Assembly (NCBI GenBank): GCA_963706595.1
Contig: OY970166.1
Coordinates: forward strand, 2,496,001-2,560,000
DNA from: an uncultured cyanobacterium
GTDB lineage: Bacteria > Cyanobacteriota > Cyanobacteriia > Cyanobacteriales > Nostocaceae
DNA length: 64,000 nucleotides
Direction of reading: 5' to 3'
Below, piece by piece: positions 36,071 to 46,463 of this stretch (position 1 is its first letter; every line of letters starts with the position of its first letter). The position numbers and the translations under genes were made by a program. The notes below the pieces were generated by a model. It was not told the origin of the DNA. It made no database searches and saw nothing but the letters and a program-made list of their open reading frames with translations.

Positions 36071-38722
36071 CTAACCTTCAGCATCATTTTTTTTAGCGCT
36101 CGTCTGAGATGATTTAGCAGTTGACTTAGCTCGTGAAGTTGTTGATTTACTCGTTTTGCGAGTAGTTTTTTTGGTAGATGCTTTGCTTGCTAATAATTCT
36201 AGCGCTGTAGATAATGTCACATCTTCTACCGATTGGCCTTCTGGGATGCTCACATTAACTTTGCCGTGCTTGATATAAGGTCCATAGGGTCCATCATAAA
36301 TATTCACAGGCGTACCTTCTTCAGGGTGCATACCCAATTCGCGTAAAGCTGCCTTAGACTTGCTACTGCTAGAGCCACGTCCCTTTTTCGGTTCGGATAA
36401 TAATTCCAACGCTCGTTCCAGGGAAACTGTCAGCACATTATCAGCAGCTTTGAGAGAACGATAGTCTTTGCCTTCCTTGCCTTGGTCGTGAACGACGTAA
36501 GGGCCAAAACGCCCCAAACTGGCTTGAATTTTCTTACCTGTGTCTGGATGTAATCCCAATGTCCGGGGTAGAGCCAAGAGACCCACAGCCATGTCTAAGG
36601 TGACATTTTCGGGAGTGACACCTTTAGGTAGAGAAGTTTGTTTGGGTTTAGGATTTTCGTCGGTTTTATCACCCAACTGTACATAAGGACCGTAAGTACC
36701 AATTTTCAGATAAATTGGTTCACCAGTTTCAGGATGCCGACCTACTTGGTCAGGCCCCACGGTTTTTTGCCGCAGTAACACTTCTACCTGTTTCGGGTCG
36801 AGGTCAGAGGGTGTCAGGTCTTTGGGAATTGATGCAGTAACCACAGTGCCATTATTGTCAACTTCGATGTAGGGTCCATATTTGCCAATGCGGACTTTAG
36901 CATCTAAATTTTCCAGTAATACCGTTCTGGCTTGAGTGGCATCGATTTGACTTTCCTGTTCTCTGACTAAAGTTTCTAAACCTTTGTCTCCCAGATAAAA
37001 TTCCCGCAAATATGGCAACCACTTAGCTTCGCCTGTGGCAATATCATCCAGGGTTTGTTCCATCTTGGAAGTGAAACTGGGGTCTACAACATCCGGGAAA
37101 TACTTTTCTAAGAGGTTAGTGACGGCGAAAGCTGTAAAAGTAGGAATCAAGGCGTTACTCACCAATTGGGCGTAACCCTTATCGATGATTGTGCCGATGA
37201 TACTGGCGTAGGTACTAGGGCGACCAATGCCTTCACTTTCTAAGGTTTTTACTAGAGTAGCTTCGGTATATCTGGCTGGTGGTTGGGTTTCGTGACCCAC
37301 AGCTTCTAAATCAGTACAATCTGGATGATCACCCACTTTTAAACTGGGTAAAATGACTTCCTGATCTTCTAAAGCTGCATCTGGATCATCTGAACCTTCC
37401 ACATAAGCGCGCAAGAATCCCGGAAAATCAATGCGCTTACCAGAAGAACGAAAGCCAGCATCTTCAACTTGCAACTGGACGCTAATTTGGGTTTGCCGAC
37501 AGTCAGCCATTTGACTGGCAACAGTGCGCTTCCAAATCAAGTCATAAACCGCAAGTTCCCGACCACCTAAACCAGTTTCTTGGGGAGTACGGAAAGTACT
37601 ACCCGCCGGACGAATGGCTTCGTGGGCTTCTTGTGCGCCTTTCGATTTGGTGGTGTATTGCCGAGGTTCGGGACTGAGGTAGTTTTTACCATAAAGTTGT
37701 TCTACACAGCTACGAGCAGCCGTCAGCGCCTGATCAGATAAATGCACGGAATCTGTACGCATATAGGTGATATAACCTTGCTCATACAAATTCTGGGCAG
37801 TTCGCATTGTGTCTCTAGCTGAGAGGCGCAGTTTGCGGTTGGATTCTTGTTGCAGTGTCGAAGTAGTAAACGGTGGCGCAGGTTTACGCGTTACCGGGCG
37901 TTCGTCGATGCTGTTAACATTCCAGGTTTTCCCGGTCAAGCGTTCCTGGAGAGCGATCGCTTCCTCTTCGTTGAGCAACAAGACATTGCGCCCGGCGGTA
38001 ATTTGTCCTGTGGCGGCATCAAAATCGCTACCAGTGGCTACTTTGGTTCCTCCCAGGCTGGTCAATTGGGCAGCAAAGGCAGTTTTATCCTGCACCAAGC
38101 TAGCTTTTAAATCCCAATATGTCCCTTCATGGAAAGCGCGGCGTTGGCGTTCCTTTTTGACTAAAAGTCGCACAGCTACAGATTGCACTCGCCCAGCAGA
38201 TAATCCCCAGGCGATTTTTTTCCACAGCAAAGGCGACAAGGTATAACCAACCAATCGATCCAAAATGCGCCGTGTTTCTTGGGCGCGAACTAACTGCTCA
38301 TCAATATCACGGCAGTTATTCAAAGCTTTTTTGATAGCTTCTTGGGTAATTTCGTGAAACACCATTCGCTTGGTGGGAACTTTGGGTTTCAGCAGTTGGT
38401 ATAAATGCCAACTGATGCTTTCACCTTCCCGGTCTTCGTCAGTTGCCAGAATCAGTTCATCAACACCTTTGAGGGCATCTTTGAGCTGGGTAACAACTTT
38501 CTTTTTGTCTTTGGGGACAACATACACCGGTTCAAAGTCTGCGTCTACATTTACCCCCAGCTGCGCCCACCGTTCTGCTTTCACAGAGGCGGGAATTTCA
38601 CTAGCCGATTGGGGTAGGTCACGGACATGACCCATAGACGCTTCCACCCGATAGTCTTTTGGCAGGTAGTTGCGAATGGTACGAGCTTTGGTCGGAGATT
38701 CAACGATGACGAGAGTTGACAT
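36071..38722 (-). CDS. topA: DNA topoisomerase I
   Basis: [41 protein letters not shown]. Confidence 0.98.
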   Translation of the reverse strand: MSTLVIVESPTKARTIRNYLPKDYRVEASMGHVRDLPQSASEIPASVKAERWAQLGVNVDADFEPVYVVPKDKKKVVTQLKDALKGVDELILATDEDREGESISWHLYQLLKPKVPTKRMVFHEITQEAIKKALNNCRDIDEQLVRAQETRRILDRLVGYTLSPLLWKKIAWGLSAGRVQSVAVRLLVKKERQRRAFHEGTYWDLKASLVQDKTAFAAQLTSLGGTKVATGSDFDAATGQITAGRNVLLLNEEEAIALQERLTGKTWNVNSIDERPVTRKPAPPFTTSTLQQESNRKLRLSARDTMRTAQNLYEQGYITYMRTDSVHLSDQALTAARSCVEQLYGKNYLSPEPRQYTTKSKGAQEAHEAIRPAGSTFRTPQETGLGGRELAVYDLIWKRTVASQMADCRQTQISVQLQVEDAGFRSSGKRIDFPGFLRAYVEGSDDPDAALEDQEVILPSLKVGDHPDCTDLEAVGHETQPPARYTEATLVKTLESEGIGRPSTYASIIGTIIDKGYAQLVSNALIPTFTAFAVTNLLEKYFPDVVDPSFTSKMEQTLDDIATGEAKWLPYLREFYLGDKGLETLVREQESQIDATQARTVLLENLDAKVRIGKYGPYIEVDNNGTVVTASIPKDLTPSDLDPKQVEVLLRQKTVGPDQVGRHPETGEPIYLKIGTYGPYVQLGDKTDENPKPKQTSLPKGVTPENVTLDMAVGLLALPRTLGLHPDTGKKIQASLGRFGPYVVHDQGKEGKDYRSLKAADNVLTVSLERALELLSEPKKGRGSSSSKSKAALRELGMHPEEGTPVNIYDGPYGPYIKHGKVNVSIPEGQSVEDVTLSTALELLASKASTKKTTRKTSKSTTSRAKSTAKSSQTSAKKNDAEG

Positions 38723-39139
38723 GGAAATTTCAAGAAAAAGAGTAGCTTTGAAGCTAAAAAGTCGAGTTGAGTTAATTTCGGTGCAATGTCAAGATAAAAC
38801 GTCACGCTTAGAGATGTGATTTTATCCTTACACAAACTGCCCAAAAGGGGTAGAATTCTCTCAACTTCAGTTGTTGTAGTTCTTTTGATAATGGGAGAAG
38901 CAACCTTTGAAAGTCAATCGCCAGTTATTTCCATCTTTAACTTATCTGAGGCACAATTGGCGAATACAGTTTCAACGATACCCGTAATTATTGCCAGGTG
39001 GTATTCATGGCTAAAAAGTTCTGGTGACTGGGAACTGGGTTTTTAAAGGAAAAATTATCGTAGGCACTTTGACGATTACCTGACCGCCGAAAGGTTTCGC
39101 AGGCGATCGCTAATATCTACATCCCGTTGAAAAAGAGGC

Positions 39140-39295
39140 AAGGGAGCAGGGAACACCGGAGCAAGGGGGAGTAAGAAATTATTTTAAACTTCCGGTTACT
39201 TAGCAACCATTCTTCTTCTCCCCTGCTCCCTGCCCCCTGCACCCGTTCCTCTTCTCCCCTGCCCCCTGCACCCGTTCCTCTTCTCCCCACTCCCC
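39140..39295. repeat. STRR-flanked dispersed repeat, copy 2
   Basis: GGGAGCA units, core TTTAAACTTCCGGTTACTTAGCAACC, then CCCCTGC units. Confidence 0.7.
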
Positions 39296-39383
39296 AAAAA
39301 TATAAATGCAACTTTGGTGAAGAACAATAGATAGAATAAACTCAGCTAGCCTTAATGTCTAATCGTCAAAACCTATATATCTC

Positions 39384-40946
39384 ATGGATTTTGCTAATCT
39401 TACATCCCAGTTGAATGCTGGAACGATTTTGCCAGAGGGGATTGTAATTGTCACCCTCTTAGGGGTTTTGATTGTTGATTTGATTTTGGGACGTACATCT
39501 TCACGCTGGATTGGATATCTGGCGATCGCAGGTTTAGTCGCTGCGGTGGGCGCACTCTATCTTCAATGGGATGCGACTAATCCCATCTCCTTTACCGGGA
39601 GCTTTATTGGTGATGACCTCAGTATTGTCTTTCGCGGTATTATCGCGTTGTCTGCTGCTGTCACTATCTTGATGTCAATTCGCTACATTGAGCAGAGTGG
39701 TACTGCTTTAGCCGAATTCATCGCCATTTTGCTAACTGCAACTCTGGGAGGAATGTTTTTATCCGGTGCTAGTGAGTTAGTGATGATTTTCATCTCACTA
39801 GAAACTCTCAGTATTTCCTCTTACTTGCTCACGGGTTATACCAAGCGTGACCCCCGCTCTAACGAAGCTGCGCTGAAATACCTGTTGATTGGAGCTTCCA
39901 GTACGGCAATATTTTTATACGGCGTTTCGCTGCTGTATGGTTTATCCGGTGGAGAAACAGAATTAGGTGCGATCGCCAATGGTATAGCCGCAGCTAATAT
40001 TGGTCAATCTTTAGGTTTGGTAATTGCACTCATTTTCGTGATTGCAGGTATCGGCTTTAAAATTTCCGCCGCACCCTTTCACCAATGGACACCAGACGTT
40101 TACGAAGGCGCTCCCACCCCAGTGATTGCCTTTTTATCTGTGGGTTCCAAAGCTGCTGGATTTGCCCTAGCCATTCGCTTACTGACAACAGTCTTCCCCC
40201 TCGTTGCAGACGAATGGAGATTTATTTTCACCGCCCTTGCAGTTCTGAGTATGGTGTTGGGTAACGTCGTCGCCCTCGCCCAAACCAGCATGAAACGGAT
40301 GTTAGCTTATTCATCCATTGCTCAAGCTGGATTTGTGATGATTGGCATGATTGCCGGTACTGAAGCCGGATATGCCAGTATGGTATTTTACCTGATGGTT
40401 TACCTGTTCATGAACCTGTGCGGGTTTACCTGCATCATTCTCTTCTCCCTACGCACAGGAACCGACCAAATTGCCGAATACTCTGGCTTGTATCAAAAAG
40501 ACCCACTTTTGACATTGGCTTTGAGTATCTCCCTACTTTCTTTAGGTGGTATTCCGCCATTAGCTGGGTTTTTCGGGAAAATCTACTTATTTTGGGCAGG
40601 TTGGCAAGCTGGACTTTACTGGTTAGTTTTACTTGGTTTAGTTACCAGCGTTGTCTCCATCTACTACTACATTCGCGTAGTCAAAATGATGGTAGTCAAA
40701 GAACCTCAAGAAATGTCCGAAGTAGTCAAGAATTATCCCGAAATTAAGTGGAATTTGCCCGGATTTAGACCTTTGCAAGTGGGACTGATAGTAACTTTAA
40801 TCGCTACCACCATTGCTGGGGTTTTGTCCAATCCACTATTTACACTGGCGAACAATTCTATCTCTCACACTGCAATGCTACAAGCAACAATTTTTGAGAG
40901 AACTCAAATAAGTGCAATCTCCACACAGGAACCAGAGGAGTTGTAG
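39384..40946 (+). CDS. ndhB: NAD(P)H-quinone oxidoreductase subunit 2 (NdhB)
   Basis: [47 protein letters not shown]. Confidence 0.97.
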   Translation: MDFANLTSQLNAGTILPEGIVIVTLLGVLIVDLILGRTSSRWIGYLAIAGLVAAVGALYLQWDATNPISFTGSFIGDDLSIVFRGIIALSAAVTILMSIRYIEQSGTALAEFIAILLTATLGGMFLSGASELVMIFISLETLSISSYLLTGYTKRDPRSNEAALKYLLIGASSTAIFLYGVSLLYGLSGGETELGAIANGIAAANIGQSLGLVIALIFVIAGIGFKISAAPFHQWTPDVYEGAPTPVIAFLSVGSKAAGFALAIRLLTTVFPLVADEWRFIFTALAVLSMVLGNVVALAQTSMKRMLAYSSIAQAGFVMIGMIAGTEAGYASMVFYLMVYLFMNLCGFTCIILFSLRTGTDQIAEYSGLYQKDPLLTLALSISLLSLGGIPPLAGFFGKIYLFWAGWQAGLYWLVLLGLVTSVVSIYYYIRVVKMMVVKEPQEMSEVVKNYPEIKWNLPGFRPLQVGLIVTLIATTIAGVLSNPLFTLANNSISHTAMLQATIFERTQISAISTQEPEEL

Positions 40947-41040
40947 ATTGTTCTCTTGTTAACTCATGGCTGAAACTGTTGGGGCGGAACTTATTGCGCC
41001 CCAACTTAGATTTAAATTTTTAAATAAATATATTTGTCAT

Positions 41041-41315
41041 CTAATCAATAGGAATAGTGATCACGAATTCAGAACCTTTTCCTGGTGCGGAATTCACTTC
41101 CAGACTTCCCTGGTGCTTCTCTACAATAATTTGACGCGCAATTGATAATCCTAAACCAGTACCCTGTCCTACAGGTTTAGTTGTAAATAAATATTCAAAT
41201 ATTTTCTGCTGAACATCATCTGACATTCCCACTCCATTATCTTTGAGATGATTTCTAAATTGGTATTTGTATCATCGACAATTAAAATTAAATCTTTTTT
41301 TGGGAGATTAGACAT
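41041..41315 (-). pseudogene. Internally deleted hybrid response regulator-histidine kinase
   Basis: ATG at 41315 gives MSNLPKKDLILIVDDTNTNLEIIS (receiver start), joined out of frame at about 41245 to KDNGVGMSDDVQQKIFEYLFTTKPVGQGTGLGLS (HATPase end). Confidence 0.8.
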
Positions 41316-42425
41316 TTTTATTTTTTAGTTTTGATAAATCTTATAATTATTTTTTTGTTTAATTATGCTGAAATGCCGTTGTATTATCTTCTGAGATTTT
41401 TTGAGTCAGTCCGTATTGTTAGAGTACAGAGTCAGAGATATGAGCCAATATTCCTTCTCTGCTTTTCTTCAGAGAGAGTAATCAGGAGGCTAGAACCGGC
41501 TGTGCGATCGCGCTACCCCTTGTTCATTAGCTTTCCCAAAAAGGTGTTGATTCTTACTATTGATATGGAATAACCATACCCAACAGATGGCTTCCACAGG
41601 ATATCTTTGCTCATTTGCATGATCGTCTGGCAATCAGTCATTCAGTTGCGCGACAGACATATACGTTATTTTTTTTAGTTTGTCATCACCTATTTGAATG
41701 ATATTTGCTGTTTATTTAAGTGTTATATGAAAATTATACTAATTTTATTGCTTGTCATTAGATGTATTTATAGGTATAAATAAAGATTTTGCGTGAGAAA
41801 ATTTTGATCTTTTTAAGTTGTAAGTAATGCTAGTAAAAATTATACCTTTGAGAGAGAAGAATAAATTAGTCCTTGAGGTCTAATTAAGAATATTTATAGA
41901 TAAATTTAAGGTTGAATTTAACTGAGAGATATGATGCAAGTAGTAATTTATATGTATTATTACTTAATTAATAAAAACAAAAGGATTTGTGATTTTTTAA
42001 ATATATCGAGGAAACTTCCATAAAATTACTGTTATCATTTTTAAGAAAAAATCAAACAATAGTCATATAAATTCAAATTTAAACCGTAATTTATAGCTTC
42101 AAATGTAGTTACCAGAAGTGCAAAGATAATTTGCGAACAGTATACTTTTCTGGCAAAGTAATCAAACAAATCTAGTGAATCAGAGTTATTTATAGCTCAG
42201 GCTAGAACTCAGCCGTAACTCAATTTTTCAAAAATGAGTTAATAGATGAATTTGTAGTAATTATTCATTCTAATAGACACAAATTCATTGCGTTTGCGTA
42301 GCTAAATAAATCAATTTATTAGGGAATAGGGATATTCATGCAAGAGCGATAGAAATAATTTGCTGATTTATGGTGCAACAGTTAATTTGTCATAACGTAA
42401 ATTATTGAATTAGGGAGATTTAACA

Positions 42426-43139
42426 ATGAGAGAATTACTCGTATTTATTGAAGAAAAAAAACAGGAATTTGCGAGTTTACCATTATTTGAATTCATGAGA
42501 GATCAAAGTATTGATCCCAAAGAAAGGCTTGCTTGGGCATCATACGCGGCTCCTTTTATTATGAGTTTTGGAGACTTAAACAAATATGTTTTTAGAGACG
42601 AACAAAGTAGCGATCCAATTCAGGTAATCATCAACAAACATACTTATGAAGATGATCATCACTGGTTATGGTTTTTAGAGGACTGTCAACTTTTACAAAT
42701 TAACCAAGGAATGCATTCTATCGATGCATTTAAATTTATTTGGGGTCAAGAAACAGAAATGTCTCGCCAGTTAGTGTATAAACTTTGTAGATATAGTTTC
42801 CAAGCTACTTTGATCCAGAAATTGGTATTAATTGAAGTCATCGAAGCAACTGGAAATGTCATGTTTGTAGTTGCATCTACAGTTGGTAAGCAATTTCAGG
42901 AAACTACCCAAACAAAACTTCTTTACTTTGCTGATTTTCATTTAAATGTAGAGACTGGGCATACAACTGGCTCACCTGAAGTAGAAGAATTTATGCAAAA
43001 TATTCAATTGTCAGAAGAAAATCTACAGGAAGCTTATGAACTGGTTGAAAAAGTGTTTGATCTTTTTACAAGCTTTACCAACTATCTTTTAATTCATGCT
43101 CAAGAATCTACAAAGCGCCAAGTTGCAAAAGCTAATTAA
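42426..43139 (+). CDS. Heme-oxygenase-like diiron (HDO) enzyme, AetD-like
   Basis: 237 aa, predicted helical; D76/H79 (HTYEDDHHW), E140, H172/E176/H179 (FHLNVETGH), colinear with AetD as recalled; SD AGGGAG. Confidence 0.75.
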   Translation: MRELLVFIEEKKQEFASLPLFEFMRDQSIDPKERLAWASYAAPFIMSFGDLNKYVFRDEQSSDPIQVIINKHTYEDDHHWLWFLEDCQLLQINQGMHSIDAFKFIWGQETEMSRQLVYKLCRYSFQATLIQKLVLIEVIEATGNVMFVVASTVGKQFQETTQTKLLYFADFHLNVETGHTTGSPEVEEFMQNIQLSEENLQEAYELVEKVFDLFTSFTNYLLIHAQESTKRQVAKAN

Positions 43140-43190
43140 AAAATACTGGCATTCGTCAAAACTCAAGTATAAATTTGAAGAGGAAAAGTC

Positions 43191-44786
43191 ATGAATGTAG
43201 TCACAAACATCGAATACTTAATTATTGGTGCGGGTCCGGCGGGTTTACAGTTGGGTTATTTTCTGGAAAAATCTAATTCTAATTATCTGATATTAGAAGG
43301 ATCTGATATTCCTGGTAATTACTTTACAAATTTCCCTAGGCATAAGAAATTAATTTCAATTAACAAGGTGTATACGGGCTACGATGACCCAGAAATTAAC
43401 CTCAGATGGGATTGGAATTCACTCTTGAGTGATAGTGAAGAAATGAAATTTAAGCACTATAGCAGGCAGTATTTCCCCCACACAGATGATTTGGTTAAAT
43501 ACCTCGGCGATTTTGCCAATCATTTTGAAATTAAGATTAAATACAATTGCCAAGTTGTCAAAATTGCTAAAAATGACAAGTTTATGGTGATAGACAGCAA
43601 TGGGAATATTTATTCGGCAGACCGTCTGATTATAGCGACTGGTTTTTCTAAACCATATATACCAGCAATTCCTGGAATCGAGTTAACAGAAAAATACACT
43701 GATATCTCGATAAATCCAGAAGATTTTGCTAATCAAAAAGTATTAATTATTGGTAAAGGAAACTCTGGATTTGAAACTGCTGACCATTTAGTCGGAACTA
43801 CTGCACTGATTCATATCACTAGCCCATCACCGGTCTCTTTATCGTGGAAAACTAAATACGTAGGACATCTGCGAGCAATCAATAATAATCTCATAGATTC
43901 ATATCAACTCAAATCTCAAAATGTAATTTTAGATGCTATAGTCAATAAAATTGATTATCAGAACGGTCAATACATTGTGACCTTTACTTATGGACATGCA
44001 GATGGAGAAGTTGAGGATTTAATCTATGATCGCGTAATTTTGTGTACTGGATTTTGCTTTGATACTTCTATATTTGACGAGTCATCTGTGCCTGATCTAG
44101 CTATCAACAATCGCTTTCCCAATCAAACTAGTGAATGGGAATCAACTAACATTAAGGACTTGTATTTTATTGGAGTGCTAATGCACATGCGGGATTACAA
44201 GAAGAAGCAATCAGGCTTTATTCATGGGTTCCGTTATAATATTCGTTCCCTTTATCACATTTTAAATCGTAAGTACCATAATCAAGAGTTACCATGTCAA
44301 GAAATTAAACTTACTCCTGAATACTTGGCTAAAGCTATTCTCAAACGGGCAAATCAAAGTTCAGGTTTATGGCAGCAAACAGGCTTTCTTTGCGACCTAA
44401 TTATCGTCCTCAAAGATAGTAACACAGTCAAGTACTACGAAGATATCCCAACAGATTATGTACATGAAAGCGACTTAGGTGAGGAGGAACACTACTATAC
44501 TCTGACTTTGGAATTTGGACTAGATATTATTTTTGCCAGCCCAGATCCTCTTGCTGTTGAGCGCATCCACAAAGATGACATTGATCGAGCCGCACTCAGT
44601 TCTGGTATCCACCCCATCGTTCGCCATTATTGCAAGCATACTCTGATTGCAGAGCATCATGTTATTGAAGATATAGCTAGCGAATGGTTAGAGGATGTAC
44701 ATATTCACCCACTGCTGAAATTCTTGCAATATCAACTATCAAGCAAGGTATCTCTGCCGACATTAGCTTCATCAATCCCCCAATAA
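43191..44786 (+). CDS. FAD/NAD(P)H-dependent oxidoreductase, FOXRED2-like
   Basis: GAGPAG, LRWDWNSLLS, IIATG, GKGNSG, LCTGF, SGFIHGFRYN. Confidence 0.75.
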   Translation: MNVVTNIEYLIIGAGPAGLQLGYFLEKSNSNYLILEGSDIPGNYFTNFPRHKKLISINKVYTGYDDPEINLRWDWNSLLSDSEEMKFKHYSRQYFPHTDDLVKYLGDFANHFEIKIKYNCQVVKIAKNDKFMVIDSNGNIYSADRLIIATGFSKPYIPAIPGIELTEKYTDISINPEDFANQKVLIIGKGNSGFETADHLVGTTALIHITSPSPVSLSWKTKYVGHLRAINNNLIDSYQLKSQNVILDAIVNKIDYQNGQYIVTFTYGHADGEVEDLIYDRVILCTGFCFDTSIFDESSVPDLAINNRFPNQTSEWESTNIKDLYFIGVLMHMRDYKKKQSGFIHGFRYNIRSLYHILNRKYHNQELPCQEIKLTPEYLAKAILKRANQSSGLWQQTGFLCDLIIVLKDSNTVKYYEDIPTDYVHESDLGEEEHYYTLTLEFGLDIIFASPDPLAVERIHKDDIDRAALSSGIHPIVRHYCKHTLIAEHHVIEDIASEWLEDVHIHPLLKFLQYQLSSKVSLPTLASSIPQ

Positions 44787-44787
44787 A

Positions 44788-46329
44788 ATGAATTCAAAAA
44801 TTCAGCATATTTGCATTATTGGTGCGGGCATTAGTGGTCTAGTGGCAGCTAAAACATTTATGGAAGAAAGCTACGAAGTCACTGTGTTTGAGAAGCAGAA
44901 GGGACTTGGTGGTGTGTGGGAAAGTTCTCGGACTTATGTAGGACTAACCACCCAGAATCCTCGTGATACCTATGCGTTCACAGATTATCCTATGCCTGCA
45001 TTTTATCCAGAGTGGCCTACTGCTGAACAGATGCAGAATTACTTGAAGTCTTATGCACAGCACTTCGGAATTGTTGAAAAAATTCGATTTCAAACGGAAG
45101 TTATTCAGATTGAAAGAAAAACTGGAGTACAGCCAGGATGGATAGTTAGCATTAAGTCGAATGATCAGAACACACAGAATAAATACGAGTTTGATTTTGT
45201 TCTCGTGTGTAACGGTATTTTTAATATCCCTAAAATGCCATTCTTCCCTGGGCAGAAAGAGTTTGTAGCATCTGGAGGTCAGGTGCTACATTCTACCGAA
45301 TTAAATGATATTTGCCAGGTTGAGGGTAAGCGGATCATCATTGTGGGCTTTGGCCGGTCTGCAACTGATATAGCTACTCAAATTGTTTCTCAAGCCAAAG
45401 AATGTACTTTGCTGTTTCGACATTCTTTGTGGAAGATGCCGAAATATTTCCTAGGTCTATTCAATATCAAGTATGTTCTGTTAACTCGTTTTGCAGAAGC
45501 TTGGTTTCCTTACCGACACCTGCAAGGGATAGAGTGGGCGCTACATACTATAGGAAAGCCCATCGTATGGGCTTTCTGGAAATTGAAGGAGATTCTCGTG
45601 CGCTTACAGTTCGGTCTTGATAGTTGTGGAATGTTACCTGACAAACCTCTATATGAATCAGTGAACTGTTCGAGTGCGATCGCGCCCACAAATTTTTACA
45701 AGTATTTAGCCTCTGGCAAACTCAAGGCGAAAAAGACAGCGATCGCTCGGTTTAATAGTGATGGAGTAGAACTAGAGAATGGTGAACAGTTACACGCAGA
45801 TGTCGTCATCTTTGGGACAGGATTTCGCCAAGATGTCCCCTTTCTCGAAAACAAGTATCGTCAGATGCTGATTGATGACCAAAGCTATTTCCACTTATAC
45901 CGCAATCTCATCCACCCTAATATTCCTCAACTAGGCTTTGTCGGCTACAACTCCAGTTTCTTTAGCCAACTAACGTCTGAGGTTGGATCATGGTGGTTAG
46001 CTGAGTATGTTAAAGGCAATTTGCTATTACCCTCAAACGCCGAAATGATTCAGGATATGGAAGCAGAAATTTACTGGAGACAAACTAAGTGGCCCGCAGG
46101 TGGAGGTAATGGGGGATGTACATCCCCGTTTAACTTTCATCACCTCGAACAACTGATACAAGATATGAGAGTGAAAAGTCATACTTCTGGCTGGCAGCGC
46201 ATTGCAGAAGTGATGATGCCCGTAAATCCATCCACCTATCAATACATCCGCAAAGAATTACGCGGAAAAAGGCTTTCATCGGCAAATAATTCCGAGATAG
46301 CTGAAAGTTCAGCTATAGAAGTGGGTTAA
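44788..46329 (+). CDS. Class B flavin-containing monooxygenase (FMO-like)
   Basis: GAGISG, FEKQKGLGGVW, variant FMO motif F...GGQVLHSTEL, GFGRSATD, FGTGF; starts 1 nt after the upstream stop. Confidence 0.88.
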   Translation: MNSKIQHICIIGAGISGLVAAKTFMEESYEVTVFEKQKGLGGVWESSRTYVGLTTQNPRDTYAFTDYPMPAFYPEWPTAEQMQNYLKSYAQHFGIVEKIRFQTEVIQIERKTGVQPGWIVSIKSNDQNTQNKYEFDFVLVCNGIFNIPKMPFFPGQKEFVASGGQVLHSTELNDICQVEGKRIIIVGFGRSATDIATQIVSQAKECTLLFRHSLWKMPKYFLGLFNIKYVLLTRFAEAWFPYRHLQGIEWALHTIGKPIVWAFWKLKEILVRLQFGLDSCGMLPDKPLYESVNCSSAIAPTNFYKYLASGKLKAKKTAIARFNSDGVELENGEQLHADVVIFGTGFRQDVPFLENKYRQMLIDDQSYFHLYRNLIHPNIPQLGFVGYNSSFFSQLTSEVGSWWLAEYVKGNLLLPSNAEMIQDMEAEIYWRQTKWPAGGGNGGCTSPFNFHHLEQLIQDMRVKSHTSGWQRIAEVMMPVNPSTYQYIRKELRGKRLSSANNSEIAESSAIEVG

Positions 46330-46418
46330 TACCGCACTTTGCAAATAAATGAAGTACACATTTTAACTTGACACCTATGGCATCTTGCCCGCCCTTGTCT
46401 ACCTCTCTCAGATGAAAT

Positions 46419-46463
46419 GTGATGAAGTAAGCAATGGCTAAACGCCGTTGCTTACTTCATCAC
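46419..46463. terminator. 20-bp stem hairpin between convergent genes
   Basis: GTGATGAAGTAAGCAATGGC-TAAAC-GCCGTTGCTTACTTCATCAC. Confidence 0.65.

Noticed and set aside
41331..41573. 80-aa TTG-start ORF upstream of the HDO operon
   Set aside because: No SD, no recognisable motif and low-complexity AT-rich sequence.
42426..46329. Aetokthonotoxin (aet) gene cluster
   Set aside because: Only the AetD-like gene is present. There is no recognisable AetF/AetA halogenase, tryptophanase or coupling P450.
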